A DNA stretch of 55,054 nucleotides from a virus (taxonomy: Duplodnaviria; Caudoviricetes): positions 1 to 55,054 of IMG/VR virus record IMGVR_UViG_3300049454_000015, one strand, 5' to 3'. The translations under genes were made by a program, and so were the position numbers. Within the stretch, counting starts at the first letter, position 1. Each line of letters opens with the position of its first letter. The notes beneath the pieces were generated by a model. The model was given only the letters and a program-made list of their open reading frames with translations, searched no databases and was not told the DNA's origin. Shown here piece by piece: positions 44,947 through 53,430 of the stretch.

Positions 44947-46037
44947 GCCGGTTTCACCCCCAGTGCTTCAGTGGTTGGGCACGGGTGTGTCCAGCCGCAG
45001 CCGCAGTGCGTGTTGCCCGCGGCGGGTGTGTGCAGGGCCAGGACGACGGCGCGTTGGGACAGCAGCTGGCGGACCGGGCGCAGGTCGTACACGGCCCACT
45101 GGTCGACCTGGCGTATGGCTGCGTGGCCGATGCACTCGACCGTGCAGTCGTAGCAGCGCGGGCCGAGGTCGCTCGGGTTGAGCAGCTTGCCCCACAAGAT
45201 GAAGTCGGCGGGCACCGACCGCCCGTTGTCCGCGCATTCCCGGCACTGCTCGGTGGTCGGGTCCAGCTCGATCGGCTGCAGGTTCGCGAGCATGCCTTCC
45301 GGGTGACCGAAGATCGCCCGGTTCAGGATCCGCCGGGACACATCACCGGTCACGCCTTCCTCGTCGAGCGCGTCGGCGAACGCCTGCAGCTGCTCACCGA
45401 ACGGTTCAATCTTCGCCTCGACTCCGATCCGGCGCGGGCGGCCCAAGACGCCGGACCGGATCTCAACGGCGCCCGGCGGCAGGTTCGGGTCCACGAACAG
45501 CGACATATCGAACTTGTGCTGAAGCATCGCGCCTACCTCGCGTAGCCGGTGCAGGTGATCACCCATGGTGTGCGTGTCGAGGATGGCCGCGCAGTGACAC
45601 GGGTGGTCTCGGACTTCGGCGCTGGCCGGGCCCTGGTCGGGTACGGGATCGGTTTCGCTGGTCGAGGAATCAGGCTCCGCATCCCCGGTATCTGGCAGCT
45701 CCGGTCGGGTCGGGGAGGGGTCGAGCTGGTCCGCGCATATGACGAGATCCTCGGACAGCTGGAGCGCCACATTCGCTGGCATCCGCAGATGCACGATGTC
45801 GACTCCGACAGCCGCGCTGAGGATCACCCCCGATCCGTCCTCGTCGATGACCACCGGGTACGTCGTCCCTATGGGTGGGAATGCTTCCCGGTGGGACGGC
45901 CGGGCGGATGGAACCGGTAGCTCCGTCAGCTCTCGGTGGCGCACACGGGACGCCAGGAACTTCTCGACCAGCAGCAGCCCCGCGACGATGAAGCCGAACA
46001 GGGCCAGCGCCGCCGCGATGACCAGAGCCGTGTTCAC
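44943..46037 (-). CDS. mosaic hypothetical protein with N-terminal TM
   Basis: 364 aa; several Cys/His clusters. Confidence 0.6.
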   Translation of the reverse strand: MNTALVIAAALALFGFIVAGLLLVEKFLASRVRHRELTELPVPSARPSHREAFPPIGTTYPVVIDEDGSGVILSAAVGVDIVHLRMPANVALQLSEDLVICADQLDPSPTRPELPDTGDAEPDSSTSETDPVPDQGPASAEVRDHPCHCAAILDTHTMGDHLHRLREVGAMLQHKFDMSLFVDPNLPPGAVEIRSGVLGRPRRIGVEAKIEPFGEQLQAFADALDEEGVTGDVSRRILNRAIFGHPEGMLANLQPIELDPTTEQCRECADNGRSVPADFILWGKLLNPSDLGPRCYDCTVECIGHAAIRQVDQWAVYDLRPVRQLLSQRAVVLALHTPAAGNTHCGCGWTHPCPTTEALGVKPA

Positions 46038-46969
46038 AGCTGCCCACCCTGATCGGCGGCGGCCGGACCGTCGTCGTCCACGTGCCGCGCCTCGTACCGG
46101 GTACCGGGCGTGGCGCTCTGGTTGTACTCGGCGGCCTGTCCCCGGGCGTCTTCCTCGGTCAGGTCACCGCCAGCAACCAACCGGCCTATGACGGCGCGTC
46201 GGTCGAACTCATATACCGCCCAGTCCCGGATCTCCGCCGGCCCGAAGCCGGCGGCCAGGAGCGCTTCCCCGGCGGAGTGTACGTACTCGGCGGTGCCGTC
46301 TTCGGTCCGGATGTAAGTGAACGCTGGCACGAACCCCGGTGGCAGCCCTTCGTTGTCCAGCACGGGCGGGAAGTTGGGCACCTGGCCCCGGGCCTTGAGC
46401 CAGCCGGCCTCAGCTGCGAGCAGGGCCTGTGCTTTGGCCAGCTCTGCGCCGCGGTCCTCCGGGGTGGGCTGCCAGTAGGACACCCCGAACGGCCACCTCT
46501 CCGGGACCATCCGCGAGAGGACGTCAGCGGGGATGGGCAGGCCGAACTTACGCAGGGCCGGGGTGTCGTGGTACCACTCGCCGGTTTCGACCTGGACGAG
46601 CCGTTCCAGCTCGCGGCTGGCGCCAGGCTGCGCGTAGATAGCTGCCGCGCGGGACAACTCGCTGGCGTTCAACGGCGGGTGGTTGGCCAGGATCTTCAGC
46701 ACGTACAGGCGGGCCTCGAAATCGACCGGGCTGGTGTCGGGCGCGTCCAGTGCGTAGGACAGGACACCGGCTATTGCCTCTACGGGTCCCTCGATCATCA
46801 CCGGGACCGGTATTACCTCGCCTGTGGCCCTGGTCTCGGTGGCGTAGATCGTGGTTTCCGGAGTGCAGAGGCAATCCGGGTCGGTGCACACGTGGGCCGC
46901 GCCGCGCAGCACGTCACCGATCCTGGTTTCGAGGGCGATTCGGGTGGGGCTTTCGCTGGGCTCGGGCAT
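46034..46969 (-). CDS. mosaic hypothetical protein
   Basis: includes the WPF...WQPT...ELAKAQALLAAE phage motif. Confidence 0.6.
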   Translation of the reverse strand: MPEPSESPTRIALETRIGDVLRGAAHVCTDPDCLCTPETTIYATETRATGEVIPVPVMIEGPVEAIAGVLSYALDAPDTSPVDFEARLYVLKILANHPPLNASELSRAAAIYAQPGASRELERLVQVETGEWYHDTPALRKFGLPIPADVLSRMVPERWPFGVSYWQPTPEDRGAELAKAQALLAAEAGWLKARGQVPNFPPVLDNEGLPPGFVPAFTYIRTEDGTAEYVHSAGEALLAAGFGPAEIRDWAVYEFDRRAVIGRLVAGGDLTEEDARGQAAEYNQSATPGTRYEARHVDDDGPAAADQGGQL

Positions 46970-47253
46970 CAGAACAGCTCCGCCTGATCGGGGTTGGGTT
47001 CCGGCGCGCCGCGGCGCCGGTGCTGGTTGGTGTGGGGGCAGGTGTCCATGTGGCTGGTGTAACGACGCACACCGGTCGGGGGTTGCTCCCCGCCGGCCAG
47101 CACGCGGGCCCGGGGGCCTGCCGGCGTCGAGGCGGGGACCACGTTCCCGGTCGGGCTCGGCTCATCGTCGAGCGGCATCATCGCGCCGGCCACGGTGCGT
47201 ACCCAGCGGACCGGCTGGCCGCAGCTGCCGCACGTCGGGGACGACTGGGACAT
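46969..47253 (-). CDS. Zn-finger protein
   Basis: CGSCGQPVRW...MPLD...YTSHMDTCP. Confidence 0.7.
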   Translation of the reverse strand: MSQSSPTCGSCGQPVRWVRTVAGAMMPLDDEPSPTGNVVPASTPAGPRARVLAGGEQPPTGVRRYTSHMDTCPHTNQHRRRGAPEPNPDQAELF

Positions 47254-47261
47254 GCCGGTTC

Positions 47262-47600
47262 TCACGACGGGTCACCGTCGACGCCGAGCGCGCGGGCGGT
47301 GACGCAAGGCCAGGTGTGGGCGTCTTCGTTGCACCAGCGGGTGTACATGTCACCTCGCTGGATGGGCTGATCTTCTACAGACCGGTGAATCTTCAGCACC
47401 GCGTCGCGCTCGGCCCGTAGCCGCTTGACCTCAGCGAGCAGGTCGGGCACGTCGCTACTGGCGAGGTCGTGCAGCGCATTCTCGTGCTTGGCGTCGGCAC
47501 ACCTGCACCCGGATTCCACGGGCCAGCCAGCAGCAGCACCGGAGCGCCGGTAGCGGTCCTCGATCTCGGCGAGCCGTTCAGGCGTCATGGGTACGGTCAT
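47262..47600 (-). CDS. hypothetical protein
   Basis: MTPERLAEIE...DVPDLLAEVKRLR...WPCVT actinophage motifs. Confidence 0.65.
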   Translation of the reverse strand: MTVPMTPERLAEIEDRYRRSGAAAGWPVESGCRCADAKHENALHDLASSDVPDLLAEVKRLRAERDAVLKIHRSVEDQPIQRGDMYTRWCNEDAHTWPCVTARALGVDGDPS

Positions 47601-47605
47601 GCCGT

Positions 47606-47905
47606 TCACGGCCGGTTCGGCTGGGCGAGGTCGACCGCGGCGGCAAGCACCAGATCCACCCCGGCCTGAAGCGGGTACATCTCCGAGGTCTCCAGGTGGT
47701 TCCGGGCATTCTTCACGACGCTGAACCCGATCATGAGTACCTGGCCGATCAGCTCCGGCGACAGCTCCGGGAACGCCTCCCTCATGGTGGCGGCGGCGAA
47801 GTTGATCTGTCCTTCGTACTCGTGGTGGAACTCCTGGCACCCCGGCGCACCCAGCAGATCGGTACACGTCTGGTCCAGGTAGGCAATCGCTTTCGGTGAG
47901 GGCAT
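47606..47905 (-). CDS. helical hypothetical protein, paralog B
   Basis: SPKAIAYLDQ...FPELSPELIGQVL. Confidence 0.65.
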   Translation of the reverse strand: MPSPKAIAYLDQTCTDLLGAPGCQEFHHEYEGQINFAAATMREAFPELSPELIGQVLMIGFSVVKNARNHLETSEMYPLQAGVDLVLAAAVDLAQPNRP

Positions 47906-47906
47906 G

Positions 47907-48197
47907 TCAGTCTGCCTCCGGCCAGGTCATCGTGTAGCCGACCTGCGCGACCAACGAGACCGCGGCACCTATAGTCACGCTGGTTTCGTTCACCTCGTAA
48001 GTGCTCTTGATGATTCCCGAGATGACCAAGGCGACCTGGCCGAGCTGCTCACTGGTGAGATCCGGGAACGAATCCATCAGCCCGTCGCGCACCGTGGCGA
48101 TGTGCACCTGCAGAGTCGTCCTGTTGCGCGCCCAGGGGGCGCGCGCCATCTCGGTGCGCACCTGGTCCAGGTAGGCGCTCGCTTGGGGGCTGATCAT
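47907..48197 (-). CDS. helical hypothetical protein, paralog A
   Basis: SPQASAYLDQ...FPDLTSEQLGQVA; CACCTGGC box (48213-48220) plus AAGGA RBS. Confidence 0.65.
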   Translation of the reverse strand: MISPQASAYLDQVRTEMARAPWARNRTTLQVHIATVRDGLMDSFPDLTSEQLGQVALVISGIIKSTYEVNETSVTIGAAVSLVAQVGYTMTWPEAD

Positions 48198-48335
48198 CGG
48201 TGATTCCTTTCGGCCAGGTGGGTGCGGGAGAGGCCGGCCCCCTCTCCACTGGTACTGGAGAGGGAACCGGCCCCGGTCATTCTGCGTCACACCCGCGTGT
48301 GTTGTGCGGACACTCGTGGGATGGATTGGTGCTGG

Positions 48336-49514
48336 TTACAGCGCGGGCGTCACAAGAAGCAGCGGCCGGTTCGCTCCGGGCGCAACGATGATCTTCCCGT
48401 TGCGGGTGACCAGCCAGTTACGGACCTGGTTGGGCTGCCACGACGGGACGGCCTGCAGGACCCGGGCAGCGGCCCCCGCGACGTGCGGGGCAGCCATGGA
48501 GGTGCCGGACAGCGACGCGTATGCGGCGTCGCTGGTCCGCCAGCTCGACAGGATCCCGACGCCGGGGGCGTACAGGTCCACGATCACCCCGAAGTTCGAG
48601 AAGCCGGCGCGGAGGTCACCCGCGTCGGTCGCACCGACCGTGATCCCGGACAGCACATGCGCCGGTGAGAACTCCGCCGCGTCCTTGTTGCTGTTGCCCG
48701 CGGCCAGGACGTAGGTCACGCCTGATTCGATGGAGGCGTGCACGGCCAGGTCCAGGGCGTTCGTCGCCTGGCCGCACTCGCATCCGAGGCTCATGTTCGC
48801 CACTGCCGGTCGGGCGGTGTTCCCGGTCACCCAGTTCACCCCGGAGATCACCCCGGCCAGCGAACCGGAGCCGGCGCAGTCGAGCACCTTCACGGCCTTG
48901 AGCCTCACGCCCTTGGCCACCCCGACCAGCCGGCCGCCGATGGTGCCGGCGACGTGCGTGCCGTGGCCGTTGCAGTCGACGTTCCCGCCACCCGTACCGG
49001 GAGCGGTGAAACCCCAGCTCGCGCGGCCACCGAACTCCCGGTGAGTCGTCCGAATCCCAGTGTCGATCACGTAGGCGACCACACCGGCGCCGGTCCGGGT
49101 GTACCCGTACTTGTGATCCAGCGGCAACAGCTTCTGATCGATGCGGTCCAACCCCCACGACGGCGGGTTCGGCTGCGTCGTCGCGGTGGCATTCACCACC
49201 ACGTTCGGCTGCACGAACTGCACCGCAGCGGACCGGGCAAGCTTCTTGGCCTGCCCGGCAGAGATCCGGACCTCTGCACCATTGATCGCGGACCGCCACC
49301 GGACAGCCGCCTTGAAGCCAGCCGGCAACTCCCGGCCCGGCTTGAGCACCACGATGTACGAACCGGGTACCACCTTCGCGGCCCCGACATCAGTCCGCAG
49401 CGTTCCTACAGGCTCGGCATGCGCAGTGCCCATACCCGCGCCGGCTACCGCCAGGACAACAGCGACCAGCGCGGCTCCCGCGACTCGCAGAGCCGCGCAC
49501 CAACGTTCGTTCAT
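48336..49514 (-). CDS. secreted S8A subtilisin-like protease (aqualysin/proteinase K type) with I9 propeptide
   Basis: signal peptide, YIVVLK propeptide, WGLDRIDQ, catalytic triad IDTG / HGTHVAG / GTSMAAPHVAG. Confidence 0.93.
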   Translation of the reverse strand: MNERWCAALRVAGAALVAVVLAVAGAGMGTAHAEPVGTLRTDVGAAKVVPGSYIVVLKPGRELPAGFKAAVRWRSAINGAEVRISAGQAKKLARSAAVQFVQPNVVVNATATTQPNPPSWGLDRIDQKLLPLDHKYGYTRTGAGVVAYVIDTGIRTTHREFGGRASWGFTAPGTGGGNVDCNGHGTHVAGTIGGRLVGVAKGVRLKAVKVLDCAGSGSLAGVISGVNWVTGNTARPAVANMSLGCECGQATNALDLAVHASIESGVTYVLAAGNSNKDAAEFSPAHVLSGITVGATDAGDLRAGFSNFGVIVDLYAPGVGILSSWRTSDAAYASLSGTSMAAPHVAGAAARVLQAVPSWQPNQVRNWLVTRNGKIIVAPGANRPLLLVTPAL

Positions 49515-49570
49515 GTACAGGCCTTTCGATCTTCTCTTGCGAAGCGGCGCACCGGCTGGTGGCCACTAAG

Positions 49571-49651
49571 CGCCCCCGGTGGGACTCGAACCCACCCGCG
49601 GCCCCGGAGCTGACGACCGGCCCGGGGACCGTGGCTGCGCCGCGCGGGGGC
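49571..49651 (-). ncRNA. tRNA-like RNA (acceptor stem and T-arm, no D-stem)
   Basis: GCCCCCG/CGGGGGC 7-bp stem, GTGGG-TTCGAGT-CCCAC T-arm, long central stem; no encoded CCA. Confidence 0.6.
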
Positions 49652-49677
49652 ACACCCGAGTATGCGTCCGGGGTACG

Positions 49678-50268
49678 TCAGTACCTGGGATCGGCGGCGT
49701 CGCCGGTTTCCGGCGTAGGCTCGCGGGGATCCTCGGCCACCTCGTAGAGCTGATCAACGACCCGACCCAGCAGCTCGTTGAGCGCCAGCGCGCCAGACCG
49801 GGAGAACCGCAGCACCGCCCCGTAGACGAACCCCTGCCCGCCGGCATCGGTGTAGCTGTTCAGGGGAAGCGCAACCTCCGCCGCGTGGTAACGCATCGGC
49901 GGGAACTCCTCGTCAGCTACCCGCCGGCCACGGTCGTGATCTTCGTAGACCTGCGCGATCGTCTCGTCCGCGTGCTCTTCGAAAACCGCGATCGGCTCGA
50001 CGTGCCTGGTTCCGGCGTCGAAGCTGATCGCGGGCGGGTAGCGTTCCGTCTGGCTCACGGTCACGGTGACCGGCGGCAGCTGGGCACCGCGGTAGGCGGC
50101 GCGGTACTGCCGGGCTGCGGCGAGCGCAGCAAACAGCTGCGGGTTGTAGGGCTGCTCGCCACCCGCTCCCTGTTCGGCGAACTCGATCAGCTCGTCTGCG
50201 CTCATGTAGCCCAGCTCGACGGCCGGATGCGCGGCGTCAGGGGTCGGGTCAGTGGTTGGTTCGACCAT
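49678..50268 (-). CDS. hypothetical protein
   Basis: 196 aa; GGGAG RBS after cassette. Confidence 0.7.
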   Translation of the reverse strand: MVEPTTDPTPDAAHPAVELGYMSADELIEFAEQGAGGEQPYNPQLFAALAAARQYRAAYRGAQLPPVTVTVSQTERYPPAISFDAGTRHVEPIAVFEEHADETIAQVYEDHDRGRRVADEEFPPMRYHAAEVALPLNSYTDAGGQGFVYGAVLRFSRSGALALNELLGRVVDQLYEVAEDPREPTPETGDAADPRY

Positions 50269-50284
50269 GGGGTCTCTCCCGGTT

Positions 50285-50335
50285 GCCAGGTGCGGGTTGG
50301 ATACGCGGAGACGCTACCACATAGTCAACAGTTTT
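50285..50335 (-). promoter_or_regulatory. cassette with shortened spacer
   Basis: AAAACTGTTGACT-N6-TAGCGT...GCACCTGGCAA. Confidence 0.6.
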
Positions 50336-50443
50336 CGCGGGCAGATCCCCGGGCCCACCCCCGGACGCGGGGGAGCCCGGTGCAGGGAGACCACCCCTCC
50401 CCGCACCGGGCCCGTCATACCCCCCGCAAGGGGGCTGCCTCTA

Positions 50444-50884
50444 CTACCCGACCGCCGAAGACGGGACCACCATCGTCACCGCGATGACGGTCCGCTGCCG
50501 CCGCGCCTTCGGCAGATTCCGGGAGTCGACCGCGAACCGCACCCCCAGATGCCGCGGACCGAAGTCGATGCGGCCTGCGCAGTCATCCGGGATGATCCCG
50601 CATTCGACCAGCGCGTCAGGAACGAAATTCCACAGCGTCTGCGCGTAGTTCTGCGGGTCACGCCGGTTCGCGGTCGGGAACACCAACTGCGCGGACAACC
50701 CCACCTGCGCCACCCCCCGGGGAACCATGTTCTCTTCCAACTGGGTGCGCAGGTGCCGCAGCCACTTCTTTTTGCAGCCGGACTGCCAGTGCGGCAGCCA
50801 CCGGTCGTACTCGTTTTTGCTCGGCGGCAGGAACGGCAACAACAGCTGGTAGCCCCTCGCTTCCCCCTGCGTGAGGCTGTTCAT
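50444..50884 (-). CDS. RusA-like Holliday junction resolvase
   Basis: PPSKN...RRDPQNY...DALVECGIIPDD; start could be 50986 or 50992. Confidence 0.7.
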   Translation of the reverse strand: MNSLTQGEARGYQLLLPFLPPSKNEYDRWLPHWQSGCKKKWLRHLRTQLEENMVPRGVAQVGLSAQLVFPTANRRDPQNYAQTLWNFVPDALVECGIIPDDCAGRIDFGPRHLGVRFAVDSRNLPKARRQRTVIAVTMVVPSSAVG

Positions 50885-50982
50885 AGGAAACCCCAGTTGC
50901 ACCGGCCGGGCCGTCACCCCCGACCTTGAACGCTGGTGAACCAGTACGCGGCCAGCCAAACCCGTGTCGGTGACAGGCTGTG

Positions 50983-51402
50983 TCATCGGCATTCCCGTAG
51001 TCGAGGGTCGGACGGATCCAACCCGTTAGTGACGGCCATCGTCCGATAGTCCGGGTACAGGTCGTGGCCACCATCGGCGACCTGATCCGGATCTATTCTG
51101 CCAGCCCGCACCGACAAACGGACAGCGAGATTGTGCTCAGCGCCGCGCAACAGGAATCCCGCGCAGGTCAGAGGACTTTCGATGTCGGATTCGTGACACG
51201 CGAACTTGCGCTGAGACATGTCGTAGGCAGTCTCAGCGGAATGGGCAAAAGCCTCAGCCGGGAACTGGCCGGTCTGGTCGACCCGCCACGGGCAACCACC
51301 ACACGGGCGGCGCCGATAACCAGACGTACCACCCTCCACGGAGACGACCTGATGGTCATCACCGGCCGGACGTACCCGCGTGATATCGCCTTTCGGCTTC
51401 AC
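50983..51402 (-). CDS. DUF6283-like Cys-rich protein
   Basis: PCGGCPWR...FPAEAF...AYDMS...FACH...CAGFL. Confidence 0.7.
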   Translation of the reverse strand: MKPKGDITRVRPAGDDHQVVSVEGGTSGYRRRPCGGCPWRVDQTGQFPAEAFAHSAETAYDMSQRKFACHESDIESPLTCAGFLLRGAEHNLAVRLSVRAGRIDPDQVADGGHDLYPDYRTMAVTNGLDPSDPRLRECR

Positions 51403-51439
51403 AGCCGCACCCTCCCTTAGACCAGTGGAGGCGGGACAA

Positions 51440-51480
51440 TCCCCGGTCTATGTTCGAGGACGACGAACATAGACCGGGGA
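51440..51480. terminator. 17-bp perfect hairpin
   Basis: TCCCCGGTCTATGTTCG-AGGACGA-CGAACATAGACCGGGGA. Confidence 0.7.
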
Positions 51481-51553
51481 AGTGCTCGCGGTCAATCACG
51501 GATGACTTGGTGAACTTAAGAAATCGTCAACTCTCGAACGGTGAGACGGCGTT

Positions 51554-52072
51554 TTAGTCGCCCTGGCCGCCGCATTGTGAGCACCGCGGCGGGGCCGGCT
51601 GGACCCAGAAGCCGCCGCCGCTCGTTCCGCCCGGCAGGTGCCCCGGTGATCCATCCGCGTGGAACCAGGCGCTGTAGGTGCTGGCCGGCTCGGTGTGCCC
51701 GGCCGGGATGTGCTTACTGCCGTTGTCGCACATCGCGTACACGATCGGCTTCTCGCAGTACACGCAGGTCCCGGCGTCGGCCTGGACCATCGACTTGAAG
51801 GTGTGCCCCACGTGCATCCACAGGTCACGGCCGTGGACCCGCAGGATGGTGACCTCGTGCAGCTTCACCCACTGGTACGTCTCAGCCGGTACCGAGTCGT
51901 GAGGCCCGTGGTCCGCCGAAACCTCGGAGAACCAGAACACGAGTTCCCAGCCGGGGCCCTCCGGCCGGCGGTCGCTTAGCGGTGCGGTCACCGACTGCGC
52001 GACGATGCGGCCGGTGCGCTTGCCATCGGTGACGGTGGCGCCGTTCAGGCGGGCGATCACGCGTGCGGTCAT
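51554..52072 (-). CDS. hypothetical protein with C-terminal CxxC motifs
   Basis: GGAG RBS after cassette. Confidence 0.65.
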   Translation of the reverse strand: MTARVIARLNGATVTDGKRTGRIVAQSVTAPLSDRRPEGPGWELVFWFSEVSADHGPHDSVPAETYQWVKLHEVTILRVHGRDLWMHVGHTFKSMVQADAGTCVYCEKPIVYAMCDNGSKHIPAGHTEPASTYSAWFHADGSPGHLPGGTSGGGFWVQPAPPRCSQCGGQGD

Positions 52073-52087
52073 GGTGTCATCTCCGTT

Positions 52088-52148
52088 GCCAGGCGGGTTT
52101 CGATGGGTAGGACGCTACCCGCCGTCACCATCCTTGTCAACAGTTTTT
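52088..52148 (-). promoter_or_regulatory. conserved promoter cassette
   Basis: AAAAACTGTTGACA-N17-TAGCGT...CCCGCCTGGCAA then RBS. Confidence 0.8.
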
Positions 52149-52567
52149 GGGTACGCCTCGTGTTGCGCAATCTGCTTGGCCGCCAAGTCGAACGCTTCCG
52201 GCACATACCCCGACAGGTAGGCCAGGGCTCTCCTGCAGTCCTCGTTTCCCCAGCCGTCCAGCAGATTTAGCCGACGCTCGTGCTCCAGCACATGCGGCGC
52301 GCCGCACGCGCTGGCCGGGCGCTCCGCCCGCTCGCGCACGAACACGCCGCTGCCCTGCCTGGTGACCACCAGTCCTTCCGCTTGAAGATCGCGGATCGCC
52401 CGCTGCACCGTGGCGCGGGCCACGCCGTAGTTCCTTGCGAGAGCCGGCGTCGACGGCAGCTTGTCCCCGGGCGCGAACTTCCTGGTACGGATCGCTGCCC
52501 GGAGCGCGCTCGACACCTGCGCGTACGGCGGACGTGGGTCGTCTGGGTCAAGGCTCACGGTGTCCAT
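52115..52567 (-). CDS. GntR-family wHTH regulator with atypical short C-terminus
   Basis: PPYAQV...PGDKLPS...LA..YGVARATVQRAI..L..EGLVVTRQGSGVFV. Confidence 0.85.
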   Translation of the reverse strand: MDTVSLDPDDPRPPYAQVSSALRAAIRTRKFAPGDKLPSTPALARNYGVARATVQRAIRDLQAEGLVVTRQGSGVFVRERAERPASACGAPHVLEHERRLNLLDGWGNEDCRRALAYLSGYVPEAFDLAAKQIAQHEAYPKTVDKDGDGG

Positions 52568-52586
52568 TGCTTCCGGTAGCCGGGGG

Positions 52587-52814
52587 TCAGAACGGCGCAT
52601 GTCCCCGTGCCCGCCGTACGGTCCGTGCACCTTCGGCCAGCTGGTACACGGCAGTCCCGCAGGGGCACAGCGCCACCCCGTCGTAGCCGGGCGGTGCCGG
52701 GCGCACCGGGCCTCCCTTGGTGTGGAACCAGCCGTGACCCTCACAGGCGCTGCAAGGGGCCGCGGGACGCCTCCTGAACGCGATCTGGAACCGGCCGACT
52801 GACAGTACCCGCAT
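52587..52814 (-). CDS. small Zn-finger protein
   Basis: CSACEGHG...LCPCG; TAATG overlap. Confidence 0.6.
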   Translation of the reverse strand: MRVLSVGRFQIAFRRRPAAPCSACEGHGWFHTKGGPVRPAPPGYDGVALCPCGTAVYQLAEGARTVRRARGHAPF

Positions 52815-53128
52815 TACCCGATCTCCCTGGCCTGCTCGTCCAGCACGGTTTCACCGCGCGACGCCTGCGCGGTCGCCGTGGCCAGCTGCGCGATCAGTTC
52901 CTTGGCTCTCTGTGTGACTTCCATGGCCGCCTCGACGCCAACCAGTCGGTTGGCCAGCTCGCCAGCGTTCCCGCCGGTGCTCGCGGCGGCTTCCATCTGG
53001 GCGTACAGGGACGCGTGCAGCTCCTCAAAGGCCGTCACCGCTACCTGTAGCCGGTGGGTGCAGGCGGGGGCGTGGGTGCCGTCTGGGATGCCGCAGGACG
53101 GGCACGGCTCGGTCTGTGTGGCGGGCAT
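52814..53128 (-). CDS. hypothetical protein (CxxC..H...C plus coiled coil)
   Basis: AAGGA RBS. Confidence 0.65.
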   Translation of the reverse strand: MPATQTEPCPSCGIPDGTHAPACTHRLQVAVTAFEELHASLYAQMEAAASTGGNAGELANRLVGVEAAMEVTQRAKELIAQLATATAQASRGETVLDEQAREIG

Positions 53129-53130
53129 GG

Positions 53131-53352
53131 TCAGGTGTCCTTTCGGATGCGGCGGAAGATGCCGTGGCGGGCGTACCGGGCAACGTGGCCGCCGTCGCGG
53201 AGCGCGCGGCGGATCCGGTCGGCGGTCGGGCGGTCCGGGACGGCCATCAGGGTTCCGTGCACGCCGCCCTCGCGGCTGACGATGGGGTGGCCGGCGGCTT
53301 CGGTGGCGACCAGGGCGGCCGGGTAGGTGCTGGCGGTGGTCTCGATGATCAC
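53131..53352 (-). CDS. hypothetical protein
   Basis: GAAGGG RBS before GTG. Confidence 0.55.
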   Translation of the reverse strand: MIIETTASTYPAALVATEAAGHPIVSREGGVHGTLMAVPDRPTADRIRRALRDGGHVARYARHGIFRRIRKDT

Positions 53353-53430
53353 TTCGGGTGCCCTTCGTTTTGCTGCATAAGGTGTCTTATGCAGCACTTC
53401 GCGATGTCTGCCCTGCTCAAGCCTGGTTGG

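Noticed and set aside
49571-49651. Canonical tRNA gene
   Set aside because: No D-stem, no 7-nt anticodon loop, no U8; reported as tRNA-like instead
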